Assembly (NCBI GenBank): GCA_963751345.1
Contig: CAVVUS010000018.1
Coordinates: 192,001-256,000, forward strand
Origin: an uncultured Chloroflexia bacterium
GTDB lineage: Bacteria > Chloroflexota > Anaerolineae > B4-G1 > SLSP01
Direction of reading: 5' to 3'
DNA: 64,000 nt
In this document: piece by piece, positions 36,785-45,912 of the stretch
How positions within the stretch are numbered: the first letter of the stretch is position 1
How the letters are laid out: the number at the start of each line of letters is the position of its first letter
Translations under genes and position numbers: made by a program
The notes under the pieces: generated by a model
The model's input: only the letters and a program-made list of their open reading frames with translations
Told to the model about the DNA's origin: nothing
Database searches by the model: none

Positions 36785-38035
36785 ATGGATCATATCCGTG
36801 GTTTTCGATGCATGCTCTGCGGTGCGGAGTACGGGGTCGGCGAGATCGACTACGTCTGCCCGCTCCATGGCGACGACGGCATCGTGGACGTGCTCTACGA
36901 CTACGACCTGATCCGGGCGACGATCAGCCCGGAGACGTTGTCCTCGAGCCGGGAGATGAGCATCTGGCGCTACAAGGCGCTCTTGCCGGTGGCTGCGGAT
37001 GCCGTGGTGCCGCCGCTGCGTGTGGGGTGGACTCCCCTCTATGAGGCGCCGCGCCTGGCTGAGGGCCTTGGCCTGGCGCACCTATGGGTCAAGGATGATG
37101 GCGTGAACCCCACGGCCTCCTTCAAGGATCGGGCTTCGGCACTGGCCGTCGTGAAGGCTCGGGAGGCCGGGGCCGAGGTGATCACGACCGCCAGCACCGG
37201 CAATGCGGCCGCAGCGCTCGCGGGGCTCTCGGCCAGCGTCGGCCTGCAGGCTGTCATCTTCGTGCCGCGCTCCGCACCTCCTGCCAAGATCGCGCAGCAC
37301 CTGATCTACGGTGCGCGCGTGCTGCTGGTCGATGGGAGCTATGATGACGCGTTCGATCTGACCCTTCAGGTCGCGCGAGAGTTTGGCTGGTACAACCGCA
37401 ACACCGCCTATAATCCCTTCATGACCGAAGGGAAGAAGACCGCCGCCTACGAGATCTGGGAGCAGGCGGGAGGGCAGGTGCCGGACCGGATCTTCGTCCC
37501 CGTGGGCGATGGATGCATCATAGGGGGAATCCACAAGGGTTTCAGGGATCTCCTGGCGCTGGGCTGGACCGACCGCATGCCGCGGCTGATGGGCATCCAG
37601 GCAGAAGGCTCTTCAGCGTTGGTGGATGCCTACGAACGGGGGCTTGCTCCCACTGAGATGCGGCCGATGCCCGCCTCCACGATTGCCGATAGTATCAGTG
37701 CGGCGCTACCACGAGACCGGGCCAAGGCACTGAAGGCCGTGCGCGACACGGATGGGAGCTTCCTGTCGGTGACCGATGAGGAGATCCTGTCAGCTATCCC
37801 CACCGTGGCCCGGAAGACGGGGGTTTTCTGCGAGCCTGCAGCGGCGGCTTCATACGCCGGACTTGCCCGGGCTGTCCGCGAGGGGCTCATCGATCCGCAG
37901 GAGCGGATCGTGCTTCTGCTGACCGGATCGGGTCTCAAGGATATCGCCAGCGCGATGAAGACGGTGTCTGCTCCCCCTGTCATCCCTGCGCAACTGAATG
38001 CGGCGAGAGAGGCCCTGGCGAAGCTTGGTGTCTAG
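36785..38035 (+). CDS. Threonine-synthase-like PLP enzyme (fold type II) with N-terminal Zn ribbon
   Basis: CMLC...CPLH; NPTASFKDR (PLP Lys), ASTGNAA, EGKKT, PVGDG, EPAAA, LTGSGLKD. Confidence 0.85.
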   Translation: MDHIRGFRCMLCGAEYGVGEIDYVCPLHGDDGIVDVLYDYDLIRATISPETLSSSREMSIWRYKALLPVAADAVVPPLRVGWTPLYEAPRLAEGLGLAHLWVKDDGVNPTASFKDRASALAVVKAREAGAEVITTASTGNAAAALAGLSASVGLQAVIFVPRSAPPAKIAQHLIYGARVLLVDGSYDDAFDLTLQVAREFGWYNRNTAYNPFMTEGKKTAAYEIWEQAGGQVPDRIFVPVGDGCIIGGIHKGFRDLLALGWTDRMPRLMGIQAEGSSALVDAYERGLAPTEMRPMPASTIADSISAALPRDRAKALKAVRDTDGSFLSVTDEEILSAIPTVARKTGVFCEPAAAASYAGLARAVREGLIDPQERIVLLLTGSGLKDIASAMKTVSAPPVIPAQLNAAREALAKLGV

Positions 38036-39955
38036 ATGTTTGCGCCGGAGACGATGATGACGGACTATGAGGATCTCAAGCGTCGGTTAGCCAGGGGATG
38101 GAACACGTGGAATACGCGCAGCGTGTTATCCCACGTGCTCCTGCCTGAGGCGTTTGCTCTGAACCTCGGGCTGAAGGAATATGCAACCCGGAGGTACCTG
38201 GGAGAAGCGCTCATCGGGCGGCGAGGGGATGGGGACGAACGAATCCACCCGGGTCCCCGTTCCTACGATGGCGCGTTTACCGAGCTCTCGCTGACCTGGC
38301 AGGGCGTTGAAGTGCTCATCCAGAGCGCGGTTATCCCATCGCCCGAGGGCGCAGCGCAGGACGACCTGGTGCTCCTGGTCACGCCGCACACGAGCCATCG
38401 AAAGGCGCCTCTGTTAGTCGTCGAGCCCGGAATCCTGTGGAATCGACCCGGTCACGTATTGCGCCAGGGCGAAACGCTGGTGTGGGCCGGCGGATCGGGA
38501 GACTCGGCCTCCGTGGTCGCCTACGGGACCTGTGCTTCTGTGGTGGATCCCTATGTCCCTGTTCAGACTCCGTATCTCGCTCTGCCCCTGAATGGCGCCG
38601 TTGGGGTCTCCACGGGGAAGCCCCGGTCGGTTGCCGAGATCCAGACCGTGGTGGCGGAGCGCCGGGCAGAGCGGACGGCAGCCCTCGCCACGTTCGGGGA
38701 GCTTGCGGAGGTCTACGCGGCTATCCAGACGTGCCTGGCCTGGGACACGATCTACGAGCCGGAACACGACCGGGTCGTCTCCCCCGTCAGTCGCATCTGG
38801 AACGTCGACTGGGGCGGCTACGTCCTCTTTGACTGGGACACCTACTTCGCGGCCTATCTCGCGTCTCTGGACAACCGGGATCTCGCCTATGCCAATGCCA
38901 TCGAGATCACGCGCGAGAAGACGGAGCGTGGGTTCATCCCCAATTTCGGCACCGTCATCGATCTCAAGAGCCGGGACCGCTCTCAGCCGCCGGTCGGCTC
39001 GCTCGTGATCCGCGAGCTCTACCGCCGCTTTAGGGATCGGTGGTTGTTGGAAGAGGTATTCGACGACTTGCTCGAGTGGAACCGCTGGTGGGATGCCCAC
39101 CGCAGATGGGGCGAGCTTCTCTGCTGGGGTTCTGATCCCTACGCCCCGCTTGCCGATGCTCACTGGGAGGTGACCGGCGTCGGCAGCCGGTTGGGAGCTG
39201 CTCTGGAATCTGGGCTGGACAACTCCCCGATGTACGACGACGTGCCCTTCGACGGGCGCACGCACTTGATGGCACTGGCAGACGTTGGCCTGAACGGGAT
39301 GTACGTGATGGACTGCGATGCCCTGGCCGAGATCGCCGGGGTGCTGGGGAGGGCTGAGGCCGAGCGCGAGCTACGGGCACGCGCCGATCGGTTCCGTCAG
39401 GCCCTGGTGGCCCTGTGGGATGAGGATACCGGGCTCTTCCATAATCGCCATATGGACACGGGGAGGTTCAGCCATCACCTGTCTCCGACGAACTTCTACG
39501 CGCTTCTCGGGCGAGCCGCAACCCAGGCTCAGGCCGAACGCATGGTCGCAGAGCACTTCTACGACCCTGGGGAGTTCTGGGGAGAGTGGATCCTTCCCTC
39601 GATCGCGCGCAACGACCCCGCATACCCCGAGCAGACCTATTGGCGTGGCCGCATCTGGGCCCCGATGAACTTGCTCGTCTACCTGGGCCTGCGGCGCTAC
39701 GATCTACCACAAGCACAAACTGATCTGGCAAACAAATCAAAAGAGCTCTTGCTGAAAGAGTGGCTGGAGAACGGCCACGTTCACGAGAACTACAACGCCG
39801 ACACGGGTGAAGGCTGCGATAAGCCCAACAGCGACCGTTTCTACCACTGGGGCGGCCTCCTGGGTCTGATCGCGTTCATTGAGGCCGGTGTCCTGGAAGG
39901 ACCCGAGCAACCGCTGAACACCAGCTCACCACCGCCCAGCCGGCGTAACCCCTGA
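38036..39955 (+). CDS. GH63/MGH1-like (alpha/alpha)6 glycoside hydrolase
   Basis: LFDWDTYF, SQPPVG, ESGLDNSP, YWRGRIW, HENYN. Confidence 0.8.
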   Translation: MFAPETMMTDYEDLKRRLARGWNTWNTRSVLSHVLLPEAFALNLGLKEYATRRYLGEALIGRRGDGDERIHPGPRSYDGAFTELSLTWQGVEVLIQSAVIPSPEGAAQDDLVLLVTPHTSHRKAPLLVVEPGILWNRPGHVLRQGETLVWAGGSGDSASVVAYGTCASVVDPYVPVQTPYLALPLNGAVGVSTGKPRSVAEIQTVVAERRAERTAALATFGELAEVYAAIQTCLAWDTIYEPEHDRVVSPVSRIWNVDWGGYVLFDWDTYFAAYLASLDNRDLAYANAIEITREKTERGFIPNFGTVIDLKSRDRSQPPVGSLVIRELYRRFRDRWLLEEVFDDLLEWNRWWDAHRRWGELLCWGSDPYAPLADAHWEVTGVGSRLGAALESGLDNSPMYDDVPFDGRTHLMALADVGLNGMYVMDCDALAEIAGVLGRAEAERELRARADRFRQALVALWDEDTGLFHNRHMDTGRFSHHLSPTNFYALLGRAATQAQAERMVAEHFYDPGEFWGEWILPSIARNDPAYPEQTYWRGRIWAPMNLLVYLGLRRYDLPQAQTDLANKSKELLLKEWLENGHVHENYNADTGEGCDKPNSDRFYHWGGLLGLIAFIEAGVLEGPEQPLNTSSPPPSRRNP

Positions 39956-39971
39956 CCTGAAAGGCAGTCGA

Positions 39972-41438
39972 ATGATTGATCTTAGTGTAGATCCAAAAGG
40001 ATTGGAGCATGCCGTCGTCCGCGCTCGTGAGCGCAATATCGTGATTCCGACCTTCGCTCAGCAGAAGGACCCCTCGCTGATTCCGCCGTCCATAAAGCGT
40101 GAGCTTCGCGAGATTGGGCTATGGGACATTACCCCACGGAATCTCTTTCGCATCACCTGGAAGAATGAGCCGGTTCCCGCGGGGGGTGGGTTCGGCGGTG
40201 TGAATTACGTGGAGCTGCCACGGGCGCTAACCGGCGTTGACGCGCGGATCATCGCCCTTGTCGGCAAATGGTTCCCTACCGGTGCACACAAGGTTGGGGC
40301 GGCCTTTGGCTGCCTGGTGCCGCGGCTGGTTACAGGGCAGTTCGACCCGACGTGGCAGAAGTCAGTCTGGCCTTCGACCGGGAACTATTGTCGGGGGGGT
40401 GCCTATGATGCGGCGCTGCTGGCCTGTGACTCCGTCGCGATTCTGCCGGAGGGTATGAGTCGGGAGCGTTTCGAGTGGCTGGCAAAGGTTTCCGGCGAGG
40501 TCATTGCCACGCCCGGCAGCGAGTCAAACGTCAAGGAGATTTTCGACAAGTGCCACGAGCTCAAGCGTGAGCGCGGCGATGAGGTCTTCATCTTCAACCA
40601 GTTCGAGGAGTTCGGCAATTACCTCTGGCACTACGAGGTGACCGGGCACGCCATGGAGGAGGTGTTGGCGCGCGAGTTAGCCGCTGGTGACCGTTTCGCC
40701 GGCATCGTCTCCAACACCGGTTCCGGGGGCACCATCGCATGCGGCGATTACCTGAAGCAGCGCTTCCCTGCGTCCAAGGTTGTAGCCAGCGAGGCCCTTC
40801 AGTGTCCGACGCTCCTGCGCAACGGCTTTGGTGCCCACCGCATCGAGGGGATCGGTGACAAGCACGTGCCGTGGATCCATAATGTACGCAATACCGATAT
40901 GGTGACGGCGATCGACGATCAGGCGACGATCGATCTCATCAGGCTGTTCAACGAGCCGCAGGGCCACGAGTATCTCCGCAGCCGTGGTGTGCCCGCGGAC
41001 CTCATCGCCAACCTGAGCCTGATGGGGATCTCGAGCGTGGCTAACGTCCTCAGCGCGATCAAGTTCGCCAAGTGGTTCGAGTTGACGGCTAACGATGTCG
41101 TACTCACGGTGTGGACCGACTCGATGGAGCTCTACGAGAGCCGCCTGCGGGAGCTGCGCGAAGCTCACGGCGAGTATACCGGCCTGGACGCCGCTGCTGA
41201 CTACGAACGTTACCTGCTCGGCGCGGATACGGGCGATATGATGGAGTTCAGCTATCCCGATCGAAAGCGCGTTCACAACCTCAAGTACTACACGTGGGTC
41301 GAGCAGCAGGGCAAGACCTACGATGAGATACAGTCACAGTGGTACGATGCGGCCTATTGGGAGGGATTCCAGAACCAGGTGGAAGCCATCGACGAGCTGA
41401 TTGTGGAGTTCAATGGGCGAACGGGTCTGGTGAAGTAG
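39972..41438 (+). CDS. PLP-dependent fold-type-II enzyme (cysteine synthase/TrpB superfamily, uncharacterised clade)
   Basis: TGAHKVGAA (PLP Lys), PSTGNYCRGG, TGSGGT, IEGIGDKH. Confidence 0.8.
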   Translation: MIDLSVDPKGLEHAVVRARERNIVIPTFAQQKDPSLIPPSIKRELREIGLWDITPRNLFRITWKNEPVPAGGGFGGVNYVELPRALTGVDARIIALVGKWFPTGAHKVGAAFGCLVPRLVTGQFDPTWQKSVWPSTGNYCRGGAYDAALLACDSVAILPEGMSRERFEWLAKVSGEVIATPGSESNVKEIFDKCHELKRERGDEVFIFNQFEEFGNYLWHYEVTGHAMEEVLARELAAGDRFAGIVSNTGSGGTIACGDYLKQRFPASKVVASEALQCPTLLRNGFGAHRIEGIGDKHVPWIHNVRNTDMVTAIDDQATIDLIRLFNEPQGHEYLRSRGVPADLIANLSLMGISSVANVLSAIKFAKWFELTANDVVLTVWTDSMELYESRLRELREAHGEYTGLDAAADYERYLLGADTGDMMEFSYPDRKRVHNLKYYTWVEQQGKTYDEIQSQWYDAAYWEGFQNQVEAIDELIVEFNGRTGLVK

Positions 41439-41451
41439 GTGGACTCTCCTT

Positions 41452-41485
41452 ACCTTCCGGGAAGGTTCCGGCCTTCCCGGAAGGT
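41452..41485. repeat. REP doublet-like palindrome
   Basis: ACCTTCCGGGAAGG-TTCCGG-CCTTCCCGGAAGGT; each arm is itself palindromic. Confidence 0.65.
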
Positions 41486-41552
41486 TTCGCGTCCTAAGGC
41501 GAAAGCTCTGTCGCTGATTTGCGCGAACACTTTACACGGTATACTAGCTGGT

Positions 41553-41592
41553 AGCGTTCGAGCGTCTCGGCGTTCGAACGTTCAAACGTCTT
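41553..41592. repeat. 8-bp periodic repeats (consensus AACGTTCR)
   Basis: agcgttcg agcgtctc ggcgttcg aacgttca aacgtctt. Confidence 0.6.
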
Positions 41593-41610
41593 TTGCGTCA
41601 AGGTGAGGGT

Positions 41611-42547
41611 ATGGAGCCACGTATATCCGTCGTCGCGCCCGTGTACAATGAAGAGGCGCTGATTCGCGAGTTCCACCAGCGGATGTCTATCGTCATGGAG
41701 CGATTGGGCGAGCCATGGGAATTGATTCTGGTAGACGATGGTAGCCGCGACCAGACGCCGGAACTGCTCGACGCTATCTACGCCGATGACCCGGAACACG
41801 TGGTGGTCGTGCACTTCGCTCGCAATTTCGGCCATCAACTGGCGATCACGGCCGGTATGGACTATGCGCGCGGCGCGGCTGTCATCACCATCGACTCCGA
41901 CCTCCAGGATCCGCCCGAGGTGATACCGGACCTGGTCAAACGCTGGCAGGAGGGCTACGAGGTCGTCTATGCCGTCCGGGCGGAGCGTGAGGGTGAGACG
42001 TGGTTCAAGCTATTCACGGCTGATCTCTTCTACCGGCTGATCCAACGTCTAACCAGTGTGAAAATACCCGATGGAGGCCGGTGATTTTCGTCTCCTGGAC
42101 CGCAAGGCGTTGGCTTATCTTAGGTCGATGCGGGAGCACGATCGCTTCGTGCGCGCGATGACGTCGTGGGTAGGATTCCGCCAGGTTGGCGTGCCCTATC
42201 GCCGGCAGGCGCGGAAGGCCGGCACGACCAAGTATACGCTGCGGAAGATGGTTCGTCTGGCGGTGGATGCCGTCACCGGTTTTTCCGTTGTGCCCCTCAA
42301 GTTCGCCCTTTGGTCCGGCGCAGCAGCCGTACTCGGCGGCCTGGTCTTGGCGTTGGTGTTGACGATCATTCGGTTAGGTGGAGAGGTCCCGCTTGCCGGC
42401 CAAGGGCTGACGGCCAGCTTGGTTCTCTTCGTTGGAGGCGCGCAACTGCTGACGATTGGCGTCCTCGGGGAGTATGTAGGACGGATCTACGATGAGGTGC
42501 GGCAGCGCCCGCTCTACACGGTCCGCGAAGTCAAGCGTAAGGATTGA
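41611..42547 (+). CDS. GT2 polyprenol-phosphate glycosyltransferase (GtrB/ArnC-like); frameshift near 42070
   Basis: PVYNEE, VDDGSRD, RNFGHQ, DSDLQDPP, GDFRLLDR, two C-terminal TM, GEYVGRIY..RPLY. Confidence 0.88.
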
Positions 42548-42561
42548 GCGAGGACTGAACA

Positions 42562-44013
42562 ATGAAGCTTTGGGATGTCTACTATACGGCCACCTCTCTG
42601 GACGACGCCGTAAGTCTGTTGGCTGAGTATCGAGACAGGGCGCGCATCATGGCTGGGGGGACCGATCTCATTGTTGAGATTGAGAACGGTGCCCGCACGC
42701 CGGAAGCTATGATCGATGTCACGCGGGTGGGGGGGCTGGATGCCATTCACCTGGAGGATGATGGCCTGCTTCACCTTGGCGCTATGGTAACCCACGCGCA
42801 GGTGGCAGCCTCGCCGCTTATTCAGGAGAAGGCGCTCCCGTTGGCGCAGGCGTGTTGGTGGATCGGGGCCCCGGCGCTTCGGAATCGCGGCACGGTGGTG
42901 GGCAATATCGTCACGGCCTCCCCTGCCAATGACACCATCACTGCGCTGCGCGCGCTGGACGCGAGCGTCGCCTTGCGCAGCACCCGTGGAGAACGAGTTG
43001 TCAAGGTGGCCGATTTCTATCAGGGCGTGCGAAGGACCGTGATGGAACCCGATGAGATGGTAGTCGACATCTCGTTCCAGCCACTTGGCGAGCGACAGCA
43101 AGGGGTCTATCTGAAGATTGGGCTTCGCCGCGTCCTGGCAATTGCCGTGACCAATGTGACAGTCGTGGTGGGGCTTGGTGAAGACGACATTGTCGCCGAC
43201 GCGCGAGTTGCCCTGGGTAGCGTCGCGCCCACTATTGTACGGGCCCCGGCTGCTGAAGCTGCGCTCTTGGGCGGAGCGCTGACGGACGCGCGGATTGCCG
43301 CGGCTGCAGAGCTGGCAGTTGAAGCTGCCCGGCCCATCGATGATGTGCGAGGATCGGCCTGGTACCGGAGTGAGGAAGTACATGCCCTGGTTCGTCGCGC
43401 TCTGGAGACGCTTCGTAGCGGCGATCTGCGGCTTGGGTTGCCGCGCCCGGAGGAGATGGTCAAGCTGTGGGGAAAGACCCGTCGCTGGCCGCGCCTTAGC
43501 GGCCCAACGATTGCTCACCATACCGGTGGTGATGAGCCCATCCAGGCCGTCGTCAATGGGGAAAACGTGATGGTGGAGGGGGCAAACGGCAAGACCTTGC
43601 TCCGTATGCTCCGGGAGGACCTCGGACTGACCGGGTCCAAAGCCGGGTGTGAGGAGGGCGAGTGCGGCGCGTGCACCGTCTGGTTGGATGGGATCGCTAC
43701 GCTGGCGTGCATGACCCCCGCACCCCGTGCCCACGGAGCGCGCATCCGGACTATCGAGGGGCTCTCAGAAGAAGGGTCTATGCATCCGGTGCAGCAGGCG
43801 TTTGTCGACGAAGATGCGGTCCAGTGCGGGTACTGCACGCCTGGCTTCGTCATGAGCGCGGCCAAGCTTCTGGAGGAGGCCCCACACCCAACCCGAGATC
43901 AGATCAAGACCGCCCTCAGTGGGAATCTGTGCCGCTGCACGGGGTATTACAAGATCATCTCCGCCGTGGAGAAGGCAGCCGGCGCGTTGTCGGACTCGGC
44001 ACGAATACAATGA
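42562..44013 (+). CDS. Xanthine dehydrogenase family FAD-binding subunit fused to a C-terminal 2x[2Fe-2S] subunit
   Basis: AGGTDL, RNRGTVVGN..ASPAND, PIDDVRGS; then GCEEGECGAC, QCGYCTPG, GNLCRCTGY. Confidence 0.9.
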   Translation: MKLWDVYYTATSLDDAVSLLAEYRDRARIMAGGTDLIVEIENGARTPEAMIDVTRVGGLDAIHLEDDGLLHLGAMVTHAQVAASPLIQEKALPLAQACWWIGAPALRNRGTVVGNIVTASPANDTITALRALDASVALRSTRGERVVKVADFYQGVRRTVMEPDEMVVDISFQPLGERQQGVYLKIGLRRVLAIAVTNVTVVVGLGEDDIVADARVALGSVAPTIVRAPAAEAALLGGALTDARIAAAAELAVEAARPIDDVRGSAWYRSEEVHALVRRALETLRSGDLRLGLPRPEEMVKLWGKTRRWPRLSGPTIAHHTGGDEPIQAVVNGENVMVEGANGKTLLRMLREDLGLTGSKAGCEEGECGACTVWLDGIATLACMTPAPRAHGARIRTIEGLSEEGSMHPVQQAFVDEDAVQCGYCTPGFVMSAAKLLEEAPHPTRDQIKTALSGNLCRCTGYYKIISAVEKAAGALSDSARIQ

Positions 44014-45839
44014 AGCGCACCGTTCCGGAGAGGGAGGCCGCCGAGGTCACCCTCTATATGCGGACTTATTACTCACTGTTGCGCACGACGGACGCGGTCC
44101 AGATCCGCACGCTGGAGGAGACCCACTCGGCGATGTCGCCGTCGCTCCACCCCCACGCCGGCTCGATGGATCCCGACATGTCGGCGCTCATCTACACGAG
44201 TCTGCGCCTCTCCCGGTTCATCTTCGACGTGCGGCAGGTGGTGTTGGGGCAGAGCGAGGAGGTCTTCCGCCGGCGTGGATATCCCGATGTAGAGTCTTGG
44301 GAAGTCGCAGTTGCGCCCGCACGCCGGCGCCGTATGTTCTACGATGGCGACGAGACCCTGGCCGTCTATATCGCCAGCATCTCCGACATCGACGACATCG
44401 TTCCGATGTTGACGGCGTTCCAGATCGAGTGGAACAAGATGCACACGCTCATCGGCATGCAGGCGGGTATGACAGAAGACCTGCAATCGTGTGCTGCCAC
44501 CCATTCGTGGGGGAGCCGGATCTGCACGGAGATCCGAACCGTCCTTCGCCTGTCCGAAGACGATTGGGGGCGGTTGGAGACCGTTTGGGGGGACGATCTG
44601 CCCGATCTGCTGGCCCACATTGCAGAAGAGCGCAAGAGGATGTCCGTCACGTTGCTGGCAGGATCCTACGTCGAGTACCATCGCGCCACGCAGAAGTGGT
44701 GGGACCGGGTGAGGGACCTTGCTCAGGGCGCCAACCTTGCGAAGGTTTCCGAACCCTTGGCCCGCAGTGCTTCTGGGCAGGCTTCGCAAGGTTCACAGGA
44801 CAGGCAAGGTTCGAATGCTCCGGCCTCTCTCGATCTCTCGGAGCGTCCCATCTACTTTGTCTCCAGCAACACGCACAGTCTCGTCAATATGGTGACCTGC
44901 TTTGCGCAGCGCCACGAGGCGCGCCTGATGGACTACGTCGCGTCGAAGGTGGATCTGGAGCTCGTCGAGGAGGCCGAGAGGATTCAGCAGCACCAGGTCC
45001 CGAGCAACTGGTCGAACTTCCTCTACTACGTTCTCAAGAAGTATCTTCAGACGGAGGAGGGGCAGGATCTGCTGGAGGTGCGCGATGCTTTCGAGGCCGA
45101 ACGAGGTGTGACGCGCATCCCGAGCCAGCACACCTTCGATCTTGAGGTGCAGCTCATCGATCTTTCGAAGTTGGATCGAGCCTATCTGGACACGCGCCTT
45201 GTCGATAGCCTGTCACTTGCACGGCTCAAAGCCACCAACGCGCTCATCCTCAATATCGACTACCCGCTGGGCTTTGCTGCCTATCATCTCTTGTCCCGTA
45301 TTGCGGTCAACGTTGGGGAGCTCCGCGGAGCCTATGTGATCGGTAAGGCGGCGACGCTGAACGGCCGTATCGGCGATGTGTTGATCCCCAACGTCGTCTA
45401 CGATGAGCATTCCCTCAATACCTATCTGTTCAACAACGTCTTCACGGCGCAGCACGTCGCCCCGTTCCTGGTCTACGGTGACGTTCTGGACAATCAACGT
45501 GCCATCGCCGTGCACGGCACGTTTCTCCAGAACCGATCTTACATGGAGTCGTTTCTGCGGCTCGGCTATACGGATGTTGAGATGGAGTCGGGCCCCTATC
45601 TGTCGGCCCTCTACGAGTTCATCCGGCCCAGGCGCTATCCCGAGGACGAATTGGTCAACCTCTACCCGGTGCCCTTCGAGATCGGCATACTGCACTACGC
45701 GTCCGATACGCCGATGAGCAAAGGGCGCAACCTTGGGACCCATAATCTCTCGTACTACGGCATGGATCCGACCTACGCGACGACCGTGGCCGTGTTGCGG
45801 CGGATTCTATCGCTGGAAACCAGAACGTTGGCACGTTGA
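44010..45839 (+). CDS. Uncharacterised protein (DUF6909-like) with C-terminal nucleoside phosphorylase/AMP nucleosidase-like fold
   Basis: ATGA overlap with upstream gene; VIGKAATLNGRIGDVLIP, DVEMESGP, ILHYASDTP motifs. Confidence 0.7.
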   Translation: MKRTVPEREAAEVTLYMRTYYSLLRTTDAVQIRTLEETHSAMSPSLHPHAGSMDPDMSALIYTSLRLSRFIFDVRQVVLGQSEEVFRRRGYPDVESWEVAVAPARRRRMFYDGDETLAVYIASISDIDDIVPMLTAFQIEWNKMHTLIGMQAGMTEDLQSCAATHSWGSRICTEIRTVLRLSEDDWGRLETVWGDDLPDLLAHIAEERKRMSVTLLAGSYVEYHRATQKWWDRVRDLAQGANLAKVSEPLARSASGQASQGSQDRQGSNAPASLDLSERPIYFVSSNTHSLVNMVTCFAQRHEARLMDYVASKVDLELVEEAERIQQHQVPSNWSNFLYYVLKKYLQTEEGQDLLEVRDAFEAERGVTRIPSQHTFDLEVQLIDLSKLDRAYLDTRLVDSLSLARLKATNALILNIDYPLGFAAYHLLSRIAVNVGELRGAYVIGKAATLNGRIGDVLIPNVVYDEHSLNTYLFNNVFTAQHVAPFLVYGDVLDNQRAIAVHGTFLQNRSYMESFLRLGYTDVEMESGPYLSALYEFIRPRRYPEDELVNLYPVPFEIGILHYASDTPMSKGRNLGTHNLSYYGMDPTYATTVAVLRRILSLETRTLAR

Positions 45840-45894
45840 CACGTTGGCCCGTTTTCACGTTCAAACGTCTGAACGTGAAAATGTGTCAACGCGC
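45823..45894. repeat. 8-bp periodic ACGT-core repeats forming a hairpin
   Basis: gaacgttg gcacgttg acacgttg gcccgttt tcacgttc aaacgtct gaacgtga aaatgtgt caacgcgc; 12-bp stem TTTTCACGTTCA/TGAACGTGAAAA. Confidence 0.7.
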
Positions 45895-45912
45895 ATCACG
45901 CACAAAGGATTA

